Positions 1 through 8,198 of a stretch of 28,935 bases of DNA are shown here, in pieces (within the stretch, counting starts at the first letter, position 1; every line of letters begins with the position of its first letter). Below the pieces are notes generated by a model. The model saw only the letters and a list, made by a program, of their open reading frames with translations, made no database searches and was not told the DNA's origin. The position numbers and the translations under genes were made by a program. This DNA is from Hyphomicrobiales bacterium (lineage in GTDB: Bacteria; Pseudomonadota; Alphaproteobacteria; Rhizobiales; Beijerinckiaceae), in assembly GCA_031377545.1 (NCBI GenBank), contig JANMFA010000141.1, positions 1 to 28,935 of the forward strand, written 5' to 3'.

Positions 1-644
1 TCACGCCGCTGGAGCTGACAGGTGCCTATGCCGCCTTCGCCAACGGCGGCACCGCCGTCATTCCCCACGCAATCCTCCAGGTGAGGACAACGGCAGGCAA
101 GGTTGTCTATACCCGCCAGAGCCGCGATCTTGGACGCGCCATGACACTGGAGCAGGCGGGGCAGATGAACCAGATGCTGCGGGAAACCCTGGTGTCGGGC
201 ACGGCGAAGAAGGCCGAACTGCCGGGCTGGCCTGCCGCTGGCAAGACCGGAACGACGCAGGATCATCGGGATGCCTGGTTTGTGGGCTACACCGGCCATC
301 TCGTGACGACGGTCTGGGTCGGCAATGATGATGGCGAAGAGATGAAAAAGGTGACGGGCTCAGGCCTTCCCGCCGAAATCTGGCTGAAATTCATGAAGGA
401 AAGCCACGGATCCGTGCCTGTTGCCGGCCTTCCGGGCCTGAGCTGGCGCGCGACAGCTTCCGTCGGGCAGCCCGCCACCGGCCCTATCCTTCCGCCCGCC
501 AATGTCGGATCGGTGCCTGCGCGCAACCAGCCGCGCCAGCCAGCACCGATGGCGGTGGAGGATACGAGCCCGCATCGCTTTAACCTGCAGCAGGGCCCCT
601 CGAAGGACGAGCGCAATCTCCTGCAGCGGCTGATTGGCGGCTAG
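1..644 (+). CDS. PBP1A-family penicillin-binding protein, C-terminal part (5' end outside window)
   Basis: Frame is open from base 3 (TPLELTGAYAAFANGG). Contains the KTG transpeptidase motif (AAGKTGTTQDHRDAWFVGYT), then a Pro/Ala-rich tail and TAG at 642-644. Confidence 0.92.
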   Translation, partial: TPLELTGAYAAFANGGTAVIPHAILQVRTTAGKVVYTRQSRDLGRAMTLEQAGQMNQMLRETLVSGTAKKAELPGWPAAGKTGTTQDHRDAWFVGYTGHLVTTVWVGNDDGEEMKKVTGSGLPAEIWLKFMKESHGSVPVAGLPGLSWRATASVGQPATGPILPPANVGSVPARNQPRQPAPMAVEDTSPHRFNLQQGPSKDERNLLQRLIGG

Positions 645-1114
645 GCCGATATCTTGATGCTTTTGGCCATGTGCGTGCCCACCCGCCGCATGTAGTCGCC
701 AAGCTGCTCGCATTCCTCGGCCGAAAGCGCCAGCATCATGTCCTCGATGACAGTGACCTGAACCGCCAGCGCCTTTTGCGTGAGGACCTGGCCGTTGTCC
801 GTCAGTCGCAACCGCCGCACGCGCCTGTCCTGGCTATCCGCGATTCGCGTGACCAATCCACGCTTTTCAAGTTCGGGCAGCAGCATTGACAGGTTGGAAC
901 GCCCGACGAGCAGACGGTTCGCCAGTTCCTGCTGGGTCAGCTGTGGAAAGCGATAGACATTCGCCAGGATGTCGTAGTGCGGCAGCTTGAGGCCCAGTGG
1001 CGCGAGGCCCGCCATCATCGCCTTTTCGACCAGCAGATGCACTTTCGCCACCGCGATCCAGTTGCGGTAGCGCGGCATCGTCCAGGGCGCGGGACTTTCC
1101 GGATCGGTCGGCAC
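641..1114 (-). CDS. MarR-family transcriptional regulator
   Basis: Winged-HTH pattern LTQQELANRLLVGRSNLSMLLPELEKRGLV..DSQDRRVRRLRLT. GTG start at 1114 preceded by GGTGAG; the start is uncertain. Confidence 0.88.
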   Translation of the reverse strand: MPTDPESPAPWTMPRYRNWIAVAKVHLLVEKAMMAGLAPLGLKLPHYDILANVYRFPQLTQQELANRLLVGRSNLSMLLPELEKRGLVTRIADSQDRRVRRLRLTDNGQVLTQKALAVQVTVIEDMMLALSAEECEQLGDYMRRVGTHMAKSIKISA

Positions 1115-1132
1115 ACTCTCACCTTGCGTTTC

Positions 1133-1167
1133 GTTCAAGATTGAACAATACTGTTCATCCATGAACA
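1133..1167. promoter_or_regulatory. Tandem palindromic operator, probably bound by the adjacent MarR
   Basis: GTTCAA-GA-TTGAAC (1133-1146) and TGTTCAT-CC-ATGAACA (1152-1167), offset by 20 bp, in the divergent marR/hydrolase gap. Confidence 0.7.
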
Positions 1168-1183
1168 AACAGAGGTCTGAACG

Positions 1184-2086
1184 ATGGCATATGAAGCGCT
1201 CGCGGTCATCCGCCCTTTTGTCAAGGTCAGCTCCAGGATTGCGCCGCGCCTGACGGGAAATCTGGCCTTCAAGGCGTTCTGCAGGCCGCCTCGGGCGAAT
1301 GGAACGGATGACACGCAGCGCCGCCTGATGGCGCGCGCCGAAGCGCGGATGGACCACGCGGAGCGAACCCGGGTGCCCTATGAAGGCGGCGAGGTGCTGG
1401 CCTACCGCTTCCGCACGCAGGCCGGGCCGAACCGGGGCACGGTGTTGCTGATCCACGGCTGGACGGGCCGTGCGGCCTTCATGTCGGCGTTCGTGGAGCC
1501 ACTGAACGGCGCGGGTTTCGATGTCGTGGCGGTGGACCTGCCCGGACACGGTCATTCATCCGGGCGCAATCTGCATATCCCGCTGGGGATCAGGGCGCTG
1601 CATGCCGTGCATGACGCGCTGGGCCCGTGGCATGGCGTCATCGCCCATTCTTTCGGCGGGGCGCTGGCGACGTCGCTGGTTTCGGGTGCGGTGGCGCATT
1701 TCCCTGCCATTGCGACCAAGCGCCTTGTGCTGATCGCCACGCCCCATTCAATGCCGCAGCTTTTCCAGTGGTTTGGTCGCACCGTGGGTCTGTCGCGGCG
1801 CGGGCAGCACTGGTTTGACGCCAATGTCCAGCGTCTTGCAGGCCGCGATCTCAGCACCTTCGAGGGCGACGCCCTGCTGCGGCAGGCCAATGTCCCAACG
1901 CTCGTTCTCCATGCCCCCGATGACAAGGAGGTCTCCTTCGCGAGCGCCGAAATCCTGTCCGCCGCCGGTGAACATGTTACCCTGACAGCCATGCCCGGTC
2001 TTGGCCACCGGCGCATCCTCTATGCCCCCGCAACGGTGGAAGCCGCCCGCGCGTTCATGGCCTCTGCCCCAGGCGACAGGCAGTAA
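1184..2086 (+). CDS. Alpha/beta-fold hydrolase (esterase-like)
   Basis: HGWTG oxyanion motif, DLPGHG, nucleophile elbow AHSFGG, acid HAPDDKEV and His GLGHRRIL; AGAGG RBS. Confidence 0.9.
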   Translation: MAYEALAVIRPFVKVSSRIAPRLTGNLAFKAFCRPPRANGTDDTQRRLMARAEARMDHAERTRVPYEGGEVLAYRFRTQAGPNRGTVLLIHGWTGRAAFMSAFVEPLNGAGFDVVAVDLPGHGHSSGRNLHIPLGIRALHAVHDALGPWHGVIAHSFGGALATSLVSGAVAHFPAIATKRLVLIATPHSMPQLFQWFGRTVGLSRRGQHWFDANVQRLAGRDLSTFEGDALLRQANVPTLVLHAPDDKEVSFASAEILSAAGEHVTLTAMPGLGHRRILYAPATVEAARAFMASAPGDRQ

Positions 2087-2173
2087 AGAACCGCTAACCA
2101 CAGGAACGGAAAGCCTTTTCCGATTCAGAAAGGCTGAAGCGAACTTTGTCATGATTGTCACTTCGATTGGACA

Positions 2174-2692
2174 ATGACCATGACAAAGACATCGTTTCTG
2201 GCCGTTTTGGCCGTGGGCGCGGCAACGCTGGGAACGGCGTCACTGGCCGAAGCCCGCGAGCGCGTGCCCTACGCCGGTCCTCATCATCCGGGCGAGATCG
2301 TCGTGAGCCAGAGCCAGCGCGCACTCTATCTGGTGGTTGGCGACGGCACCGCACTGCGCTACCGCGTGGCGGTCGGCAAGGCGGGCAAGCAATGGTCGGG
2401 CCGCACCGCAATCGTCGCCAAGTATCACGAGGTTGCCTGGTCGCCGCCAAGGTCGGTCAAGCGCGACCGCCCCTGGCTCCCCGACGTCATCGAGGCGGGT
2501 GATCCCAGCAATCCCATGGGGGCGCGGGTGCTCTCGCTGCCCGGCGAATACGCCATCCACGGCACCAGCGCGTCGATGCGCCGATCCATCGGCACCGCCG
2601 CGTCCTATGGCTGCATTCGCATGCTGAACGAGGATATCATCGATCTCTTCGAGCGGGTCCGCGTGGGAACGCCCGTCACGGTTGTGCGATGA
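2174..2692 (+). CDS. L,D-transpeptidase (YkuD/ErfK family), secreted
   Basis: Signal peptide ending LAEA; YRVAVG; NPMGAR; catalytic motif IHGT...SYGCIRM. Confidence 0.92.
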   Translation: MTMTKTSFLAVLAVGAATLGTASLAEARERVPYAGPHHPGEIVVSQSQRALYLVVGDGTALRYRVAVGKAGKQWSGRTAIVAKYHEVAWSPPRSVKRDRPWLPDVIEAGDPSNPMGARVLSLPGEYAIHGTSASMRRSIGTAASYGCIRMLNEDIIDLFERVRVGTPVTVVR

Positions 2693-3413
2693 AACGGCTT
2701 GGCACCAGCACGGGCTGCCCCTGCGGCAAGGCGCGTGCCGTCTTCTTCACTGCCACGGGTCGGAACACCTGCTTCGTCGCCTCGATGACGTGAACACCGG
2801 CGAACGGAAGGCCCAATGTGCGGCCGATCCGGTCCCAGCCCTTGGCGGTTTTCAGCAACAGGCGGCGCTTGACCGGCGGCACATAGAGCGCCTCCCCCCA
2901 ATGCACCGGCGTGAACAGGGCCTGGCGCATCAGGCTCATCAGCTGGTTCCGGCTGAAGGGCTGGCCATGGCCAAAGGGCGTGCCGTCCATGCGTGCCCAG
3001 AGGCCAGCCCGGTTTGGCGCGATGACAATAATCCGCCCGCCCGGTGACAGCACCCGCCACATCTCGCTCATCAGATCGGCCGGAGAATGGGCCATCTCCA
3101 GTGCATGCGCCACGATGATGCGGTCCACGGAGCCATCCCGCAGTGGCATCTGGTCCGCATCCACCAGGGCGGAGGACGACAGGCCGGAAGAGGGCCAGTT
3201 CACCACGCCCTGCCCGGCCGGCATGAAGGCGATGGAGCGGATTGCCTCTTGCCGGAACGGCCCGAGATACGGCGTGGCATAGCCCAGCCCCAGCACGACC
3301 ATACCCGTGAGATTGTCCCAGCGGGTGCGGATGGCGGTCAGCAGCAGGTCACGGGTGACCTCGCCCAGCGCACCGGCATAGAAACTTCTCAGATCAACGA
3401 TGTCGATGGACAT
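2676..3413 (-). CDS. Class I SAM-dependent methyltransferase (YafS-like)
   Basis: VLGLGYATPY motif I variant, PLRDGSVDRIIVAHALE, WRVLSPGGRII. Divergent from gloB, as in the widespread yafS-gloB arrangement. Confidence 0.85.
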   Translation of the reverse strand: MSIDIVDLRSFYAGALGEVTRDLLLTAIRTRWDNLTGMVVLGLGYATPYLGPFRQEAIRSIAFMPAGQGVVNWPSSGLSSSALVDADQMPLRDGSVDRIIVAHALEMAHSPADLMSEMWRVLSPGGRIIVIAPNRAGLWARMDGTPFGHGQPFSRNQLMSLMRQALFTPVHWGEALYVPPVKRRLLLKTAKGWDRIGRTLGLPFAGVHVIEATKQVFRPVAVKKTARALPQGQPVLVPSRFIAQP

Positions 3414-3476
3414 GCAGGATGGTCACTCGCTACTCTCGCCCCTCACTATAGAACAGCGCCGCGCGGCGCGCATCGG

Positions 3477-4250
3477 ATGCCTGACGAGATGGTTGAAATA
3501 AGACAGTTTTTGAGCCGCAGCGACAATTTCTCGGTGCTGGTCCATGATTCGAAGACAGGCGCGACGGCCGCCATCGATGCGCCAGAAGAGGCCGCGATCC
3601 TGAAGGCGCTCGATGAAACCGGCTGGAAACTCACCGACATCCTTGTCACCCACGAGCACGCCGACCACGTCGAGGGCATTCCCGGCCTGAAGGCGAAGTT
3701 TGGCTGCCGCGTCGTCGCACCCAGAAAATCCACGCAGGTTCCGCTTGTCGACGAGGTCGTGTCCGAGGGCGACCGCGTGACGTTCGGCGGCATCACGGTC
3801 GATGTGCTGGACACACCAGGTCATTGCGCAGACCATATCGCCTACTGGTTCAGGAACCAGAAGACCGTTTTTGCCGGTGACACGCTCTTTGCCCTGGGCT
3901 GCGGGCGCATCTTCGGCTGCACACCGGAAGAGTTTTACGCGTCCATGCAGAAATTCGCTGATATGCCCGACGAGACTGCGGTCTATTGCGGGCACGAGTA
4001 CACGCTATCCAACGCCCGTTTCGCGCTGACCGTGGACCCGACCAACCTGGCCTTGCGGACCCGTGCGCTGGAGATCGAAAACAAGCGTGCGCAGGGGCTG
4101 GTGACATTGCCCACCACCATCGGGTTGGAAAAGGCGACCAATCCCTATCTGCGCACGGCCGATCCGGCAGTTCAGGCAGCCATCGGCATGGCGGGTGCTG
4201 CGCCGGTGGCGGTGTTTGCCGAACTGCGCGAGCGCAAGAACAGGTTCTGA
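3477..4250 (+). CDS. gloB: Hydroxyacylglutathione hydrolase (glyoxalase II)
   Basis: SDNF, THEHADH (HxHxDH), TPGHCADH, FAGDTLFALGCGR, YCGHEYT, EKATNPYLR, LRERKNRF. Alternative ATG at 3489. Confidence 0.95.
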   Translation: MPDEMVEIRQFLSRSDNFSVLVHDSKTGATAAIDAPEEAAILKALDETGWKLTDILVTHEHADHVEGIPGLKAKFGCRVVAPRKSTQVPLVDEVVSEGDRVTFGGITVDVLDTPGHCADHIAYWFRNQKTVFAGDTLFALGCGRIFGCTPEEFYASMQKFADMPDETAVYCGHEYTLSNARFALTVDPTNLALRTRALEIENKRAQGLVTLPTTIGLEKATNPYLRTADPAVQAAIGMAGAAPVAVFAELRERKNRF

Positions 4251-4252
4251 GA

Positions 4253-4714
4253 ATGGCTGCCATGCAGGATATGACAGCGACCGAGGTGGTGCGGCTGCTG
4301 GATCTCAAGCCCCATCCCGAAGGCGGGTACTACCGCGAGACCTGGCGGGATGAGCGCGTGGTGGAGGGAGGCCGCGCCGCCTCGACACTGATCTACTATC
4401 TCCTCGACACAGGCGATGTCTCGGACTGGCATCGGGTCGATGCCGCCGAGGTGTGGCACTGGTACGGCGGTGCGCCGCTGGTCATCACCGTCAGCCCCAA
4501 CGGGCACGACGCGGAAGCGCATCATCTGGGGCCTGATCTGCGCGCCCGGCAGAAGCCGCAGTTCGTGGTGCCGCAGGGCTGGTGGCAAACTGCCACGTCC
4601 CTGGGGGCCTGGACGCTTGTGGGCTGCACCGTGGCCCCTGCGTTCCAGTTCTCAGGGTTCGAACTGGCTCCTCCCGACTGGCGTCCCACGCCAAGGACGC
4701 CGTCGGGGCGATAA
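4253..4714 (+). CDS. DUF985 / Cupin_5 cupin protein
   Basis: LDLKPHPEGGYYRETW, STLIYYLL, WHRVDAAEVWHWYGG, QFVVPQGWWQ, LVGCTVAPAFQF. Start could also be 4262 or 4271. Confidence 0.9.
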   Translation: MAAMQDMTATEVVRLLDLKPHPEGGYYRETWRDERVVEGGRAASTLIYYLLDTGDVSDWHRVDAAEVWHWYGGAPLVITVSPNGHDAEAHHLGPDLRARQKPQFVVPQGWWQTATSLGAWTLVGCTVAPAFQFSGFELAPPDWRPTPRTPSGR

Positions 4715-4719
4715 CGGCG

Positions 4720-5466
4720 ATGGATCTCGAAACCATCCGGGGTTGCGAGGAGCGGCTCGTCAATGTCTGGCCCGCTGTCAGCACGCTGCTGATGGAGGGC
4801 TGGGTGGTGCGATTCGCAAACGGCTATTCAGGCCGGGCCAATTCTGCCTCGGCCGTGGTTCCGGGCGCGCGGATATCACCGGATCTGCTCGATACGATCG
4901 AAGGTCTGTACCGCGATGCAGGGCTGAAGCCCTCGGTCCGCATCACGCCGCTGGCGGATGCTGCGGTCGAGCCCTTGCTGATGCGGCGCGGCTACCGCAT
5001 CAAGGACGAATCCCGGATGATGACATTGCCGCTGGACCGCAGTCCTGGCCTCTCGGTCGATCCCCGCGTGCGGATCGAGGGGGTGCCGAGCCATCGCTGG
5101 CTGGCGGGCGTCTCCAGCCGTCAGGAGCCATCAAAGCGTTCCGCCGACCACCTTTCCGCAATCGTCGGACAATTGCGCGTTCCCGCCGCTTTCGCCACGC
5201 TGGACATCGCGGGCCACCCCGCAGGCTTCGGCCTGTGCGCCATTGACAGGGGATGGGCGGAAATCGGGTCGATCATGGTCGACAGCGCGTTTCGCGGCCA
5301 GGGTCTTGGCCGCGTCACGGTGGATGCGCTGCGCGCCTGGGCTGTCTCCCAGGGCGCGGCAAACGCTTTTCTGCAGGTGGACCAGACCAACAGTGTCGCC
5401 CGGTCACTCTATGCGCGACGGGGCTTCACGGATCTTTGCGGCTACAAGACCATTGTGAGGGACTAA
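4720..5466 (+). CDS. GNAT-family N-acetyltransferase
   Basis: N-terminal WP...GWVVRFANGYSGRANS domain; acetyl-CoA motif VDSAFRGQGLG; LQVDQTNSVARSLY...GF. Confidence 0.85.
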   Translation: MDLETIRGCEERLVNVWPAVSTLLMEGWVVRFANGYSGRANSASAVVPGARISPDLLDTIEGLYRDAGLKPSVRITPLADAAVEPLLMRRGYRIKDESRMMTLPLDRSPGLSVDPRVRIEGVPSHRWLAGVSSRQEPSKRSADHLSAIVGQLRVPAAFATLDIAGHPAGFGLCAIDRGWAEIGSIMVDSAFRGQGLGRVTVDALRAWAVSQGAANAFLQVDQTNSVARSLYARRGFTDLCGYKTIVRD

Positions 5467-5487
5467 GGCCGCTGGCAACCGGACGTC

Positions 5488-6483
5488 TTACAACCGGACG
5501 CCGGCATCCTTCACGACCTTGCCCCAGCGGGCGATCTCGGACGTGACATAGGCGCCGAACTCCTTGCCGGTCAGCTTGATGATCTCCGAACCGTTTTTCT
5601 CCCAGGAATCCTTGATCTGGGGTGCATCCAGCGCCTTCAGCAGCTCGTTGGTCATCCTGTCAACGATGTCCTGCGGCGTCCCCCTGATCGCCCAGAGAGC
5701 GTACCAGGTCGAGACCTCATAGCCATCAAGGCCCGCTTCCTTGGTCGTAGGCACATTCGGGATGGCGGTTGACCTTCTGGACGCAGCAACCGCAAGTGCA
5801 TTCAAGGTTCCAGCCTGAATCTGGTTGGCCGATGAGCCAAGCCCGTCGAACATCAGGTCGATGTTGCCCGCGACGAGATCCTGCATCGCAGGGCCAACGC
5901 CACGGTAGGGTACATGCGTCATTTTGGTGCCCGTGGCGATCTGGAACAACTCGCCCGCCATGTGATGGACCGAGCCATTGCCCGAGGAACCATAGTTGTA
6001 CTTGTTCGGGTTGGCCTTGGAATCGGCGATGAACTCGGCCAGCGTCTTGAACTTCACCTTCTGCGGGTTCACCGAAATGACCTGCGGCGGGCGGGCGATC
6101 AGGCCGATGGGCACAAAGCTCTTCTCGAGGTCGTAATCGAGATTGGGATAGATGGCCGGTGCAATGGTGTGATGCGCCGCACCAACGAAGAAAGTATAGC
6201 CATCCGGCGTTGCCTTGGCCGCTGCCGAGGCCCCGACGGTGCCACCCGCGCCGCCGCGGTTGTCGATGATCGTGCGGGTTCCCAGGTGCTGGTCGAGATA
6301 GGCGGCGAGAGGGCGCGCGAAAGCATCCGTACCGCCGCCGGCCGGGAACGGGTTGAGCCAGGTGATCTGCCGGGCAGGCCAGCCGCTCTGGGCGACAGCC
6401 GACATGGCGAGGACCGATCCGGCGGCGGCGAGGCCGCCCTTGATGGCTGCGCGACGGCTGATAGTGGAAACTGCCTTGTGCAT
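5488..6483 (-). CDS. Tripartite tricarboxylate transporter substrate-binding protein (TctC/Bug)
   Basis: GGAGG RBS; twin-arginine-like leader SRRAAIKGG; PFPAGGGTD, DNRGGAGG, PDGYT, YGSSGNGSVHH, HVPYRG. Confidence 0.92.
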   Translation of the reverse strand: MHKAVSTISRRAAIKGGLAAAGSVLAMSAVAQSGWPARQITWLNPFPAGGGTDAFARPLAAYLDQHLGTRTIIDNRGGAGGTVGASAAAKATPDGYTFFVGAAHHTIAPAIYPNLDYDLEKSFVPIGLIARPPQVISVNPQKVKFKTLAEFIADSKANPNKYNYGSSGNGSVHHMAGELFQIATGTKMTHVPYRGVGPAMQDLVAGNIDLMFDGLGSSANQIQAGTLNALAVAASRRSTAIPNVPTTKEAGLDGYEVSTWYALWAIRGTPQDIVDRMTNELLKALDAPQIKDSWEKNGSEIIKLTGKEFGAYVTSEIARWGKVVKDAGVRL

Positions 6484-6522
6484 ACGTTCCTCCCAGAACG
6501 GCTGGACCTGACGGATGGAGCG

Positions 6523-6561
6523 TTGCGCCCTTCTGCCGTCCTTTATAATACAAAATAATAT
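6523..6561 (+). promoter_or_regulatory. AT-rich candidate promoter/operator between the bug gene and matB
   Basis: TTGCGC at 6523 and TATAAT at 6544 (15-bp spacer, short), inside TTTATAATACAAAATAATAT, which is unusually AT-rich for this window. Confidence 0.35.
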
Positions 6562-6668
6562 CTCACGTCCGGACAGCGAAGACAAGAGCAGCGCGATTGT
6601 CCTGGCCGACTTTGCATCAGGTGGGGCATGCTCTAGGGAGATCAATCCTCACTGCCGGATTTTCAGCG

Positions 6669-8174
6669 ATGCCCAATCTTCTCTTCGACGCGATACGCTC
6701 CAGGACCGGCGCACCGACCAGGACCTTCATCGAGCGCCACGATGGCCGGATCGTCACTTACGGCGCGGTTCTTGATGGATCAGCGCGGATGGCGAATGCC
6801 CTGGTGGCGTCCGGTGTCATGCCAGGTGACCGGGTTGCGGTGCAGGTGGAGAAGAGCGCGGAAGCCATTCTGCTCTATCTCGCCTGTGTCCGCGCCGGTG
6901 CCGTCTTCCTGCCGCTGAACACGGCCTACACCACGGCCGAGCTTGAGTATTTCATCGGCGATGCCGAGCCGCGGCTGATCGTTTGTGATCCCGCCAGAAC
7001 AGAGGCGATCAGGGGTATCGCGCGCGGTGCCGCCATTGAGACGCTGGACGCCACGGGAAGCGGCAGCCTGATGGACAAGGCCAGCGTCTGCTCCGCTGAT
7101 TTTGCCAATGCGGAGCGTGGTCCCGATGATCTGGCCGCCATTCTCTACACATCTGGAACCACAGGCCGTTCGAAGGGTGCCATGCTGTCGCATGCCAATC
7201 TCGCGTCCAATGCGATGACCCTGCGGGACGTCTGGCGCTTCACCAGCAACGACGTGCTGCTGCATGCGCTGCCGATCTTTCATACGCATGGGCTGTTCGT
7301 CGCGACCAATGTCATCCTGCTGTCGGGCGCCTCGATGCTGTTTCTGCCCAAACTCGATCCCGATGCAGTGTTTCGCCTGATGCCCAGGGCGACAAGCATG
7401 ATGGGTGTCCCCACGTTCTATGTGCGGCTGCTGCAGGACGCGCGCCTGACGCGCCAGGCTATGCTGCACATTCGCCTGTTCATCTCGGGCTCTGCACCCT
7501 TGCTGGCCGACACGCACCGCGACTGGAGCGCCCGCACGGGTCATGCCATTCTCGAGCGCTATGGCATGACCGAAACGAACATGAACACATCCAACCCCTA
7601 CGAGGGTGACCGCGTGCCTGGCACCGTCGGCCTTCCGCTGCCGGATGTCGCCCTGCGCGTGGTCGAGCCGGAAACCGGCAGGGCCCTGGAAACCGACGAG
7701 ATCGGCATGATCGAGGTCTAGGGCCCAATCGTGTTCAAAGGCTTCTGGCGCAACCCGGACAAGACGCAGGTGGTTTTTCGCCCTGACGGCTTCTTCATCA
7801 CCGGCGATCTGGGCAAGATCGATGCACGGGGCTACGTCCACATCGTCGGGCGCGGCAAGGACCTGATTATTACCGGCGGTTACAACGTCTATCCCAAGGA
7901 GGTCGAAACGGAAATCGATGCCTTGCCCGGCGTGGTGGAAAGCGCCGTGATCGGCCTGCCGCACCGGGACTTCGGCGAAGGCGTCACCGCCATCGTTGTG
8001 CGCAAACCGGGGGCTTCGCTCGACGCGGCGAGCATCCTGAAAACGCTGGAAATCCGGCTTGCCCGGTTCAAGCTGCCCAAGCAGGTGATCGTGGTCGACG
8101 ACCTGCCCCGCAACGCCATGGGCAAAGTGCAGAAGAACGTGCTGCGCGAGACCTACAAGGCGCTCTACGCCTGA
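6669..8174 (+). pseudogene. matB: Malonyl-CoA synthetase MatB interrupted by an in-frame TAG at 7719-7721 (real nonsense allele or sequence error)
   Basis: YTSGTTGRSKG, LPIFHTHGL, SGSAPL, ERYGMTE, ITGDLG, GRGKDLIITGG, PRNAMGKVQK are all present. The two ORFs (..7721 and 7731..) share one frame, giving 502 codons in total. Confidence 0.85.
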
Positions 8175-8198
8175 ACACCTTGCCAGTGCATGCGCCGG

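Noticed and set aside
641-644. Convergent genes sharing a CTAG stop overlap (also at 28712-28715)
   Set aside because: A common, compact arrangement for convergent genes; no extra signal seen.
2103-2135. GGAAC (EcfG-like -35) and hairpin AGCCTTT/AAAGGCT downstream of the hydrolase
   Set aside because: -10 spacing does not fit the GGAAC-N16/17-CGTT pattern, and the hairpin has no U-tract on either strand; not supportable as promoter or terminator.
3440-3451. CTCACTATAG match to the 3' part of the phage T7 promoter
   Set aside because: The upstream TAATACGA specificity region is absent; probably chance or a host -10 element in the gloB promoter region.
3087-3476. N-terminal extensions in the ORF track (gloB from 3087, marR from 1555, bug from 6645, GT4 from 27411)
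   Set aside because: They overlap neighbouring genes and lack family similarity; downstream starts fit RBS position and family length better.
5476-5500. 10-bp direct repeat CAACCGGACG (5476-5485 and 5491-5500) at the convergent GNAT/bug junction
   Set aside because: Only two short copies, one inside the coding end; no element between them to suggest a target-site duplication.
7719-7721. Pyrrolysine or programmed recoding at the matB TAG
   Set aside because: No pyl genes or tRNA in the window, every other TAG here is a true stop, and neighbouring codons are also aberrant; error or nonsense mutation is simpler.
6780-7964. Long antisense ORF (394 aa) opposite matB; similar shadow ORFs at 14941-16335(+), 17962-19263(-), 20659-21810(-) and 22246-23211(-)
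   Set aside because: They lie opposite well-supported genes and carry no recognisable motifs; long shadow ORFs are expected in high-GC DNA.
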